A stretch of 64,000 bases of DNA, taken from Felis catus. Its lineage: Eukaryota. A model generated the notes under the pieces. That model saw only the letters and a list, made by a program, of their open reading frames with translations, did no database searches and was not told the origin of the DNA. Position numbers and translations under genes: made by a program. Positions 51,707 through 63,780 of this stretch are shown here, one piece after another (the first letter of the stretch is position 1; every line of letters begins with the position of its first letter). The stretch covers positions 87,360,001-87,424,000 of the forward strand of contig NC_058368.1 of assembly GCF_018350175.1 (NCBI RefSeq). Direction: 5' to 3'.

Positions 51707-54700
51707 CTTTGGGTTGCAGAGTTCTAAATTCTGCATCCCAAAGCAGGAGAATATACTTTCTTCTCAAGTGCATATGGAACCTTCTCCAAGATAGATCACA
51801 TACTGGGCCACATTTTATACATAAGTATAAAAGAATTGAGACCATACCATGCATACTTTCAGACCACAATGCTATGAAGCTTGAAATCAACCACAGGAAA
51901 AGTCTCAAAAACCTCCAAAGGCATGGAGGTTGGAGAACACCCTACTAAAGAATGAGTGGGTCAACCAGGCAATTAGAGAAGAAATTTAAAAATACATGGA
52001 AACAAATGAAAATAAAATACAACAATCCAAATGCTTTGGAATGCAGCAAAGGCAGTCCTGAGAGGAAAATACATTGCAATCCAGGCCTATCTCAAGAAAC
52101 AAGAAAAATCCCAAATACAAAATCTAAGAGCACACCTAAAGGAAATAGAAGCAGAACAGCAAAGACACCCCAAATCCAGCAGAAGAAGAGAAATAATAAA
52201 TATCAGAACAGAAATACACAATATAAAATCTTAAAAAACTATTGAGCAGATCAATGAAAGCAAGAGTTGTTTTTTTGAAAAAATAAACAAAATTGATAAA
52301 TCTCTAGCCAGGCTTCTCAGAAAGAAAAGGGAGATGACCCAAATAGATAAAATCATGAATGAAAAGGAAATTATTACACGCAATCCCTCAGAAATACAAG
52401 CAATTATCAGGGAATACTATGAAAAATTATATGCCAACAAACTGGACAACCTGGAGGAAATGAACAAATTCCTAAGCACACACACATTTCCAAAACTCAA
52501 ACAGGAAGAAATAGAAACTTGAACAGACACATAACCAGTGAAGAAATGGAATCAGTTATCAAAAATGTCCCAACAAATAAGAGTCCAGGACCAGATGGCT
52601 TCCCAGGGGAATTCTACCAGACATTTAAAGCAAAGATAATACCTATCCTTCTCAAGCTGTTCCAAAAAATAGAAAGGAAAGGAAAACTTCCAGACTCATT
52701 CTATGAAGCCAGCATTACTTTGATTCCTAAACCAGATAGAGACCCAGAAAAAAAAAGACAACTACAGGCCAATATCCCTGATGAATATGGATGCAAAAAT
52801 TCTCAATAAGATACTAGCAAATCGAATTCAACAGCATATAAAAAGAATTATACACCGTGATCAAATGAGATTCATTTCTGGGCTGCAGGGCTGGTTCAAC
52901 ATTCACAAATCAATGTGATACATCACATTAATAAAAGAAAAGATAAGAACCATATGATCCTGTCAATCGATGCAGAAAAAGCTTTTGACAAAATTCAGCA
53001 TCTTTCTTAATCAAAACCCTCGAGATAGTCGGGATAGAAGGAACGTACTTAAACATCATAAAAGTCATTTATGAAAAGCCCACAGCTAATATCATCCTCC
53101 ATGGGGAAAAACTGAGAGCTTTCTCCCTGAGATCAGGAACACGACAGGGATGTCCACTCTCACTGCTGTTGTTTAACATAGTGTTGGAAGTTCTAGCATC
53201 AGCAATCAGACAACAAAAGGAAATCAAAGGCATCCACATTGGCAAAGATGAAGTCAAGCTTTCACTTTTTGCAGATGACATGATATTCTACATGGAAAAT
53301 CCGATAGACTCCACCAAAAGTCTGCTAGAACTGATACATGAATTTAGCAAAGTCGCAGGATACAAAATCAATGTACATAAATCGGTTGCATTCTTATACA
53401 CTAATAATGAAGCAACAGAAAGACAAATAAAGAAACTGACCCCATTCACAATTGCACCAAGAAGCATAAAATACCTAGGAATAAACCTAACCAAAGATGT
53501 AAAAGATCTGTATGCTGAAAACTATAGAAAACTTAGGAAGGAAATTGAAGAAGATACAAAGAAAAGGAAAAACATCCCGTGCTCATAGATTGGAAGAATA
53601 AATAATGTCAAAATGTCAATACTACCCAAAGCTATCTACACATTCAATGCAATCCCAATCAAAATTGCACCAGCATTTTTCTCGAAGCTAGAACAAGGAA
53701 TCCTACAATTTGTATGGAACCACAAAAGGCCCCGAATAGCCAAAGTAATTTTGAAGAAGAAGACCAAAGCGAAAGGCATCACAATCCCAGACTTTAGCCT
53801 CTACTACAAAGCTGTCATCATCAAGACAGCATGGTATTGGCACAAAAACAGACACATAGACCAATGGAATAGAATAGAGACCCCAGAATTGGACCCACAC
53901 AAGTATGGTCAACTAATCTTTGACAAAGCAGGAAAGAATATCCAACGGAAAAAACACAGTCTCTTTAACAAATGGTGCTGGGAGAAGTGGACAGCAGTAT
54001 GCAGAAGGATGAAACTAGACCACTTTCTTACACCATTCACACAAACAAACTCAAAATGGATGAAGGACCTGAATGTGAGACAGGAAACGATCAAAACCTT
54101 AGAGGAGAAAGCAGGAAAAAAAACCTCTCTGACCTCAGCTGCAGCAATTTCTTACTTGACACATCTCCAAAGACAAGGGAATTAAAAGCAAAAATGAACT
54201 ATTGGGACCTCATGAAGGTAAAAACCTTCTGCACTGCAAAGGAAACAATTAACAAAACTAAAAGGCAACCAACGGAATGGGAAAAGATATTTGCAAATGA
54301 CATATGGGACAAAGGGCTAGCATCCAAAATCTATAAAGAGCTCACCGAACTCCACACCCGAAAAACAAATAATCCAATGAAGAAATGGGCAGAAAACATG
54401 AATAGACACTTCTCTGAAGAAGACATCCAGATGGCCAAAAGGCACATGAAAAGATGCTCAACGTCACTCCTCATCAAGGAAATACAAATCAAAACCACAC
54501 TCACATATCACCTCACGCTAGTCAGAGTGGCTGAAATGAACAAAACAGGAGACTATAGATGCTGGTGAGGATGTGGAGAAATGGGAACCTTCTTGCACTG
54601 TTGGTGGGAATGCAAACTGGTGCAGTTGCTCTGGAAAACAGTGTGGAGGTTCCTCAAAAAATTAAAAATAGACCTACCCTATGACCCAGCAGTAGCACTG

Positions 54701-55255
54701 CTAGGAATTTACCCAAGGGATACAGGAGTGCTGATGCCTAGGGGGACTTGTACCCCAATGTTTATAGCAGCACTCTCAACAATAGCCAAATTATGGAAAG
54801 AGCCTAAATGTCCATCAACTGATGAATGGATAAAGAAATTATGGTTTATATACACAATGGAATACTACGTGGCAATGAGAAATAATGAAATATGGCCTTT
54901 TGTAGCAACGTGGATGGAACTGGAGAGTGTTATGCTAAGTGAAATAAGTCATACAGAGAAAGATAGATACCAAATGTTTTCACTCTTATGTGGATCCTGA
55001 GAAACTTAACAGATGACCATAGGGGAGGCAAAGGGAAAAAAAAAAGAGGTTAGAGAGGGAGGGATCCAAACCATAAGAGACTTTTAAAATCTGAGAGCAA
55101 ACTGAGGGATTGATGGGAGTGGGAGGGAGGGGAGGGTGGGTGATGGATATTGAGTAGGGCACCTGTTGGGATGAGCACTGGGTGTTGTATGGAAACCAAT
55201 TTGACAATAAATTTCATATTTAAAAAAATAAAATAAACAAAATAAAATATAATAA
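51707..55255 (+). mobile_element. 5'-truncated felid-type LINE-1 with a 23-nt 5' inversion, in NLRP3 intron 5
   Basis: ORF2 peptides including SLFADDMI; polyA tail; TSD taaaatctcccatctt (51694-51709) and taaaatcgctcatctt (55253-55268). Confidence 0.95.
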
Positions 55256-55325
55256 AATCGCTCATCTTGGCTCATTGAAGCCACAGCTCCTGCTTGCTTC
55301 ACGAAGGAAAATATCTCAGACTCAC

Positions 55326-55496
55326 CAGAGCTTCTTCAGATTGCAGAATAGATGCCTCAGTCCCACACAAAGAAGTCTGATTCCAAGATCTCCCAAGCTG
55401 TTGTGGCTCAGATCCAATTCTACCAGCTTCTGATTGCTGCTCAGGACCGAGGAGATGTTGAAGCAGCACTGATAGGAAAGGCAACATCGCCCCAAC
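55326..55496 (-). CDS. NLRP3: NLRP3 coding exon 5 (LRR), 171 bp; not shown in the correct frame by the ORF track
   Basis: Manual translation gives [57 protein letters not shown]; catgaAG acceptor and GTgagt donor. Confidence 0.95.
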
Positions 55497-56019
55497 CTTC
55501 ATGCCAAGTACAGAAGCAGAAAGCATCAGAACACAGACTGCTTATCTCGTCACTGCCTTCCAGTCTAAGCTTGTTTTCAGCACCAAACAGGGGCACTTGT
55601 GGTCTCATGTCACAAAGGGAAAATCTTAACCAAACTTATGTAAAGTGTCATCCTATCAGAACTCCTGCACACAGCCTGAGACTTACTGTGAAGTTCGTCC
55701 CCAAGCTCACTAACTCACAGACCGAGACCACAACTGCTGAGTGCATCAGTGAACTCCCTCTATAAATAATGGTCAGCTCTCCAATGTATACATGGCACGT
55801 CCCTGTTTTATGCATGAAAAAGGTGGTGAACCTATGTGTTTCACTTCTTTAGCACATGTCCCTAACTGTGAAAATCCCTCATGTGGGCACTACTCTAGGG
55901 CTTTACCCATCTACTTCTCTTTGCTAATCTTGTCCCCATTGTTCTGTTTGATGATTAAATCCCAGACTTCCACCTACACTGAAATAGCAGGAAGCTCTAA
56001 TTCTTGACTTGTTTTACAA

Positions 56020-56021
<2 letters not shown>

Positions 56022-56055
<34 letters not shown>
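56022..56055 (+). repeat. (CA)n microsatellite
   Basis: Direct observation. Confidence 0.95.
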
Positions 56056-56056
<1 letters not shown>

Positions 56057-57169
56057 GCTATCACCATCACCACCGACAACAACTATGTGTCCCTGTCAGA
56101 GGAGCAAGAATAACATTCTCCTTTCCAGGACAATAGTTCATCATCCTAGAACCGCTAATCTTCCTTTCTGCCCCCATTTCCACACCAACTAGAAGTAAAT
56201 GTATGACTAAATCATTGTGGTAAAATAAATCATTATCACCCATGTCTCCTGGTTTGTGTCTCACTCTCTGGAATCACACAGGGACACCCACCAGAGAGGT
56301 GGGGAGAATGGCGTGGGATAGATATAGAGAGGCAGGTAAAGAGCCAAAAACAGAGCTTGAAGGCAAGAAGGGGATTTGTAATTTATCAAAAGAGCAGAGA
56401 GAAGCAAAAGAATGGCATGATCAAAGTAGAATTTTCTAAATAACCCTCTGACTTCTATATAGAGTCTAGAATTGTAGGTGGTGAAAGTGAATGTGGGGAG
56501 ACCAGTCAATATTCATTAAGTATGTATTTTTGAGCACTAATGTTTGCTGAGACACTTATCCTGACATTTCAGGGACAATGGAAAGATAAACATGAATCCT
56601 GACCCATGAAGCTGATGGTCTTGGAGGCCATTACAAAATCCAGGCAAGTAATCATGGTTACTGGACCTGGGCTAGTGGTTTGTATAGGAGGTAAAATTGA
56701 TAAGTATGATGTTGGGGTGGGTATGGTGATCAAGAGAGGGATTTATGAAAACACCCGGGAGTGGTAGACTCTAACGCTGGCTGTGTAGCTCATCCAAAAT
56801 GCAGATGTGTTATGGAAGAGAGTTTGGGAGATGGCTCAGACACCTGTGTGCTCCTCTTGAGGCATGTAAGTCTGACTCACAGTTTGGGCTCAGAGCAACC
56901 ACTCTTTATTAAGAAAGCTAAAGGAGAGTCCCTGTGACATTTCGATGTATACAAAATGTTTTGATGGGGTCCAGCCTAGGTAGCCGTTTACATGATGAAA
57001 TTCTCTGATTCTCATCTAAGAGGATGGCCGGTGAGAAAATGGCAAACCTTGAAGGTCAGGCACTTTTTGTCACATCACCAACAAATGACTTAATTTCATT
57101 TCTCCTTCATTCTTCCCCATTTGAAACTTCCTGAACAACTGGCCTCCAATTCATTCTGCCTTCCCACCT

Positions 57170-57530
57170 CTTATAGGCTGAATTGTGTCCACCATTCCTT
57201 CCAAAAATTATACATTGAAGTCTTAATTCTAGGATTTCAGAATTGTGACTCTATTTGGCGACCAAGCTTTAAAGAGTTAAATGCGGTCATTAAATTGACC
57301 CCCATCCAATGCAACTGGTGTCTTTGAGGATATCAGACATGAATACAGGGACCGTGTGAAGACACAGGGAGAAGACCCCATCTGTAAGCCAATGAGGGAA
57401 GCCTCAGAAGAAACCAGCCCTGCTGACATCTTCATCTTGGACTTCTGGTACTGTGAAAAAATGAATTTCTGTTGTTTAAGCCTCTGGGTTTGTGGTACTT
57501 TGTTATAGCAGCCCTAGAAAACTAATAAAC
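57170..57530 (+). mobile_element. MaLR (MLT1B/C-like) solo LTR
   Basis: ttataggctgaattgtgtcc ... gtggtactttgttatagcagccctagaaaactaata. Confidence 0.75.
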
Positions 57531-57575
57531 CACTTATCTGGACCCTGAGGTCTTCCTCCAGTCCTCCCTATATCT

Positions 57576-57579
<4 letters not shown>

Positions 57580-57622
<43 letters not shown>
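57580..57622 (+). repeat. (CA)21 microsatellite
   Basis: Direct observation. Confidence 0.97.
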
Positions 57623-57625
<3 letters not shown>

Positions 57626-57634
57626 GGTTCTTAC

Positions 57635-57805
57635 CACAATCTCTGAACATTACAGCCAGGACGCTGGAGCATCTCACATAACACCATCATCCCTGGGTCC
57701 CCCAGAGCATTGTCACTGAGGTTCAGTTCCGTGAGGTTCCAGCTAGTGCTTAGGACTGAGAAGAGACCCTGCCAAAGGCTAACAGTGAGATGGCAGTTCA
57801 CCAAC
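57635..57805 (-). CDS. NLRP3: NLRP3 coding exon 4 (LRR), 171 bp
   Basis: AG/GT boundaries, phase 2-2; [57 protein letters not shown]. Confidence 0.96.
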
Positions 57806-57902
57806 CTAGAAATTGTAAAGAAGGAAGAAAGAGAGAAAGGAAAATCAGGAGTGGCTTGGCACCAGACCAAGACTTCCCAAGCATTATAAAATGACTTACA
57901 GA

Positions 57903-58111
57903 GGTTGCCTGGATGGCTCAGTCAGTTAAGCATCTGACTCTTGATTTCAGCTAAAGTTATGATCTCACAGTTCATGGGATTGAGCCCTGAATATAGCTCT
58001 GTGCTGACAGTGTGGAGCCTACTTGGGATTCTCTTTCCTTCCTTCTGTCTCTGCCCCTCCCCTGCTCTCTCTCTCTCTCAAAATAAATAAATAAACTTAG
58101 AGAAAAAAAAA
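57903..58111 (+). mobile_element. Can-SINE
   Basis: TSD aaatgact(t/c)acaga. Confidence 0.92.
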
Positions 58112-60111
58112 AGAAATGACTCACAGAAACAAAGATTGCATACTGAGGAATAGCAAAGGCTAGGGGGCCCTGGTACTACTGTCCTACACACCTTGTTATG
58201 GAAATGGCTTGAGCCTGTGACTGGCTGCCTTTGTGCACCCCCTATCCCCTCTGTCAGATGTCCTTCTCCTCCCCTCTCATTGGTCAGCTGTCCTGCCCAA
58301 GGCCATGGACACTCTGGAAGTGATTCAGAGCCTAGTTCTGACACTGGCTACATAACAGCATCTGTGATGCTCTCAAAAACCCCTAGGCCAGTCCTCTCCA
58401 TAGGAATAAGTCAGAATCTCTGAGATGGGACCAAGCATATCAATGTTTTTAAGACTTCCAGTGCTTCCAATGTGTAGCTCATGTTGAAATGCAGATTCTG
58501 ACTTTGTGGGTCTAGGACTGGGCCTGCAATTCTGCACTTCTAACAAGCATGAGGTGGATGCCCATGCTGCTGGCTTCAGAAGGTTCCAGAACACACAAAG
58601 CAAGCTCCTACCCTCTGAGGAACATAACTGTCATCTAGCAAGATGGGTGTCAGGCTTTTTATCAGGACTTTTATTCTAAGTCTCTGCAAGCCTTCTCCAC
58701 AGCTGTGTAACCATGGTCAGGTCTCTTCTCAGACTAGTTTTTAGGGCCTTAATGAGCAGGTATGCCTCCTTCCCTCACTTCCTGTCTCTTTCTCCCCCCC
58801 TCCCATCCCCCTGCAGCTATTCTGAACTATTTCCCACCATAGAGACATATCCTGCTTCCCCAACTCCTGCCTTATGAACCCACTATTCCCTCTGTTTGAG
58901 CTGCCTTTGCCCATGCTTGGCTCCTCATGATCCATCCTTCAGAGTCCAGCTGCTCAAGGGCTCCCCACGGTGGGCTTTTGGTGCATCCTGCAGGTGTTCT
59001 TGCCATAGCTGATTCCTCCCTATAGTCCATTCTTGTGTCCCAACTATCCCCACAACCAAACCTTACATCACTGTGAGCAGAGCCTGGGTCTCAGCAACAC
59101 TGAAGCCCCAGTGGGTGGTCCTTGATGACCAAATGATAAATAAATATCATCCTGGAAGTGCTGCCAAGAGGGAGAGAGGGAGATGAAAATTCATTGCTCC
59201 TAGTAGAAGGGCCAGCCCCCAATCTCTTTAATTTTGTCTCATGTCAAGTGTTTTTTTTTGGGGGGGGGGGTTGGTTTTTTTTGTTTTTGTTTTGTTTTGT
59301 TTTGTTTTGTTCTGTTTTGTTTTTGCAGGTTAAACTCAAGCACATGCAGAGCATCTACCTTCCCACCGTAGCTGTGGCCATGTCCAAGCAGGGATTTCAG
59401 AGGTCAGGGAACTGAATTGCTTTGCTGTACAGACACAGAAACTGGCTTCCAATCCCCTACAAAGTCGGTGAACAGACCTTGAAGAGGGTGCTCTTGAAGA
59501 GGAAAACGTTGGTGACTTCCTTGTTATAAACACAGTGTGAAAGCTTAAAAGTACCTTCTCCTTTCCAGCCCTATTTCCTTCAGTTTCTCTCTTTATGTTT
59601 GTTCCAATGAAGTCATGTCAGTCCCCCATAGTCTCCTACATACACTGCTCCTCAGACCATATTTATACTTTGTTACACAGACACCACTGCCAAAATCCCT
59701 TTGCCTTCTCCTACACTCACTCACATCCTACAGATCCTTCATGGCAAGCTCCAACATCACTCCTCTGAGAAACTTCTCCCTCCAGCACCGAAGGCCCTCT
59801 ATCCTCTCTGTTCCTGGGACAGTCCTGTGATTGTTTTGCTGCTTGGGAATTGACTGGATACTATGCACTAGAGCCCCAAGTAGATTACAAGCAATTTGAG
59901 TTCACAACACTTGCATTCAACTCTCTTCCCCACGTAATACCTTGCACTGAGTTCACATCCACCAAACGTTTATTTTGTTGTTGGTGGTGGTGGTGTTGGC
60001 TTTTTTCTCATCCATTTTTCCACCTACCTTTCCTCTACTAGTCAATCTCTGCCGCTGAAGGAGTCTGGTAGAAATGGGTGGTGGTGGCATTATGTAGCTG
60101 TTGCAACCACA

Positions 60112-60317
60112 TTTTTTAAATGCTTATTTATTTATTTTGAGAGAGCATGCACATTAGCAGGGGAGGGTCAGAGAGAGAGGAAGAGACAGAATCCCAACCA
60201 GGATCCATGCTGTCAGTGCAGAGCCTGATGTGGGGCTTGATTTCATGAACTATGTCGTAGTGACCCGATCTAAAATCAAGAGGCTGATGCTTAACTGACT
60301 GACCCACCCAGGTGCCT
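60112..60317 (-). mobile_element. Can-SINE, sense to NLRP3, in intron 3
   Basis: TSD tgttgcaaccacatttt. Confidence 0.92.
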
Positions 60318-60441
60318 CTGTTGCAACCACATTTTAAAGACAATTGAGAAGTGGGAAGAGAGAAAGTGCCCAGAGAAAGGTGACTAGAAAGTGAAGGCAA
60401 CACTACCATTCTACCACCTGCCTGAAGCCAAATTGTCTTAC

Positions 60442-62203
60442 CGGTGAGTATAGGTAGCATGAGGATCTAGGAGGACACAGTGGTCCACCTCACAGTGTTG
60501 CACTTCCTCCTCCTCTTCCTCCTCCTCTTCCTTTGGAGAGTTATGAAGCAACCTCAGGGAAAGTGATTCCACACCTTGACAGTTCTCAATACAAAAAGAA
60601 GAAACTACATGGTCCATTCTGGTAGAGAGATTGATGTCAATTTGGGGGAAATGGCCCATGGCCTTTTGCACAAAGTCCTCCTCTTGCATCTCATATAGAC
60701 AGTAGAACAACTCCAACTGGCTGGGCTGGATCTGCAGATTCTTGGCCTTGGCTTTCTTTTCAATCCATTTTAGCAGCTCCAGCCTGATTTGCTGAGAGAT
60801 CTTGCAACTCAGTTTTTTCTCCAAGTAGGAGGTTCTCTCCTGGTTTACAAGGCCAAAGAGGAAACGGACAACGAAAATCAGATACCCCTTTTCAAACTTG
60901 CCATAGTTTTCCAGAAGGACTGTCACATCTCGGTTGGGAAGGTTGGAACCACTCAACAGCAAGCTCCCTGTGTCTCCCTGTCCCTCCTCTTCCAGCAAGT
61001 AGTACATGGCAGCAAAGAATTCCTGGAAGGTCATGTGGATGAAGCTGTAGAATTTCTCACAGTCCACTTCCTTCTGGAATAGGTTGATCCTCAAGAAAGC
61101 AGATACATCTGCCTTCTGAAGGCCATGATTCCTAAGGTCACACTCCTCAAACAGGATTTTCTGGTTCCAGATTCCATCTGCGGCCAAGGAACAGAGACCC
61201 CGGAGGTTAGTAGAGACATCGTGGTTCTGGTTCCCTCTGCGGGATTGCAACAAAGTGGAGAGGAAGAAGATGTACACTGCAGTGGTGGTCTTGGATGTCT
61301 GGGCAAGACTCTTGCCACTGTCCATCTGCTGCTTCAACCCAGTGCACACAATCCAGCAGACCAAGGGGATAAAGCACATGGTGAAGAGGATCTCATTCTC
61401 CTGAATCAGCCTGAAGGCCTCCCTGGCTTGCTGCTCATCTGAGAAATACTTGAAAAAGTATTCCTTTCTTTTGGCCTCTGAGAAACCCAGGATCTCCACA
61501 TGACGGGGCCGGTCCAGCAAATGCTGTAGTTTCTCCAGAGCCACAGGTCTCGTGGTGATAAGTAAAGAGGCCTCGGGAAGCAGCCTCTTTCTGATGAGGC
61601 TGCTCAGGAGAATGTCTCCCCGCTCTACCTTCTGCCAGTTTGTACAGAGTGCCTCTGTGTGCTCATCAAAGGCACCCTGAAGTTCATCAAAGCCATCCAT
61701 GAGGAAGAGAATCCGAGAAGGCTTGCTCACAATCTTGCATATGGGTGGGTTTGGATCCGGGCAGCAGCTGACAATCAGGTCTCCCAGGCTCCTCCGTGTC
61801 CCGAGACTCACTTCCCGACAGTGGATATAAAACAAATAGTCAAACCTGTCCTGGTAAATTTTCTCTGATGCCCAGTCCAACATGATCTTCCTTGCCAGTA
61901 TTGTTTTCCCAATGCCTGCTGCTCCCTGGAATACCACCGTGTGAACAGGCTCAGAGTGTTGGTCGTCAGGCTCAAACAGTAATTCCACATTCAGGGAGCT
62001 CACAGGGCTGTCCAGCATCTTGGCTGAAGTCCTGCCGATGGCCAGGAGCTCATGTTCCCTCTCTTGCTGGTTCTTGTGTTCCTTGACAAGACGCAGCCTG
62101 GTATAGCGTTTGTTGAGGTTCACGCTCTCACCCAGACGAGCATTCCTATCTTTGATACACTGGAATCTGCTCCTCACATGTTTTTTGTACTTCTTACAGT
62201 AAT
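60442..62203 (-). CDS. NLRP3: NLRP3 coding exon 3 (FISNA, NACHT, HD1/WHD/HD2, acidic loop), 1762 bp
   Basis: cctcAG acceptor and GTaaga donor; [19 protein letters not shown], Walker A GAAGIGKT, Walker [32 protein letters not shown]; no internal stops. Confidence 0.98.
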
Positions 62204-62449
62204 CTGAGGCAAAACAGAAAGGTAGACTTTGGGAGAAGCCCAAGCACATGAAAGCTCTCAACAAGGGTCTCTGGTCCATAGGGAGTGATGACCAGAGATT
62301 AACAAATGGAAAGTGCAGGTTCTCTTCACTGCACAGGTACAGACGGTCCCAGAAAATCTAGGATGTCAAAATCTTCCTATACACAGCTGAGCAGAAGAAC
62401 AGCAAAGTGCCACAGGCACTGTCACCTACCAGAAAATCCTTTTCTACAA

Positions 62450-62503
62450 TGTTTATTTATTTATTTTTGAGAGAGAGAAAGAGAGAGAGTGCAGGGAAGG
62501 GGC

Positions 62504-62546
<43 letters not shown>

Positions 62547-62658
62547 AGCAGGCTCTTCACAGTCAGCTCAGAGCCTGCTGCAGGGCTGGAACTTATGAAC
62601 CATGAGATCATGACCTAACCCAAAATCAACTTTACCAACTGAGCCACCCAGGTGCCCC
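62450..62658 (-). mobile_element. Can-SINE, sense to NLRP3, in intron 2
   Basis: Head gagccacccaggtgcccc; long (GA)n. Confidence 0.9.
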
Positions 62659-62926
62659 CAGAAAGTCATTTATTTTTCTTCTATCTTATTCCTTTAGGTC
62701 GGCATCCCATACCTTTTAAAACCTGAAACACTCAATCACCTCCCCTTGGTGACTTCCCTTGGGACAAGGAGCCATGTGAACACTGATCTGTTTCTTCAGC
62801 TCTAGTGGATTTCCTGAAATGGGCCTCTGTACCCCCAAGGAGCAGGAACATATAGGATGAACAAGCTTCCCAGCCTCCAAAGCAGGATTTCCAAACCCAA
62901 TGGGAAGCACTATTCCCATTGCTTAC

Positions 62927-63025
62927 CCTTCTTTTTTTTACAAATAGAGATTCTGGATAGGTACCCGAATAAACCCATCCACTCTTCTTCAAGGCTTTCT
63001 TCCCGGTATACCACATGTGCATTAT
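62927..63025 (-). CDS. NLRP3: NLRP3 coding exon 2 (PYD-NACHT linker with polybasic CKKKK), 99 bp, phase 1-1
   Basis: ttttgttttcAG acceptor and GTaagc donor; encodes [32 protein letters not shown], matching the NLRP3 linker. Confidence 0.9.
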
Positions 63026-63419
63026 CTGAAAACAAAAGGAAAAAGAAATATAAATTTAAAAGCCAGGACTCCTGACTAAGGTGACATAATTCAGACCCAG
63101 TACCCAACAGCTGGCACAGCTCAAAGTCCCCTGTTCCAGATCTCCCCCAAACAAAAACAGAGCTCAGAGCTGCAAATGACAGGTGTGCAGCTGGACGTCC
63201 ACTTCGTGGCATTCATGCACTTTTAAATGTCTAAATATCCCCAAGATGACTATGGACCAGCAGGATTATCCTTCCCTGCCCCCGAATGTCTGAAATTAGT
63301 CATACCCACATTCTTAGTCTCCCAAAGTAAGAATTACCAATCTAGTTTGTCTAACTCAGTGGTTCACTATCCCAGCTGACTTGAGATTCACTTAGGAAGC
63401 TTTAAAAATATTGACTCTG

Positions 63420-63620
63420 AGGTGTACCTGGTAGCCTAAGTTGGCTGAGTGTCAGACTCTTCATTTTGACTCAGGTAATGATCTCATGGTTTAGAAGTTC
63501 CAGTCCCATGTCAGGTTCTGTGCTGACTCCTGGAAGCTGCTTAAGATTCTCTCTCTCCTGCTCTCTCTTCCCTGCCCCTGATTGCTCCCTCTCTCTATCT
63601 CAAAATAAATAAAAACATAT
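63420..63620 (+). mobile_element. Can-SINE inserted in a MER5-like DNA element remnant
   Basis: TSD tttaaaa(a)ta(t/c)tga. Confidence 0.85.
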
Positions 63621-63727
63621 TTTAAAATACTGATTCTTGGACTCCACCCGCAGTGATTATTTTTCAATTTATCTGAGGTAGGGTCCAGCACCATTGTGTA
63701 TAATAATAGATAAATATAAAATAAAAG

Positions 63728-63728
<1 letters not shown>

Positions 63729-63770
<42 letters not shown>

Positions 63771-63780
63771 TGTATATATA
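63729..63780 (+). repeat. (TA)n microsatellite
   Basis: Direct observation. Confidence 0.95.

Noticed and set aside
51952..55000. Long RT-like ORFs (139-198 aa)
   Set aside because: Fragments of a 5'-truncated, frameshifted L1 ORF2; not autonomous
50174..57634. Apparent absence of an NLRP3 LRR exon in the ORF track
   Set aside because: Exon 5 is present and intact at 55326-55496; the track shows only another frame. The same applies to exons 7 and 9.
20315..60441. All six phase-2 donors give an immediate in-frame stop on read-through
   Set aside because: An automatic consequence of phase-2 introns with the GTRA consensus, not a special mechanism
62204..62279. N-terminal extension [25 protein letters not shown] of the 613-aa ORF as an alternative start
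   Set aside because: Most simply intron 2 sequence including the polypyrimidine tract; no promoter evidence
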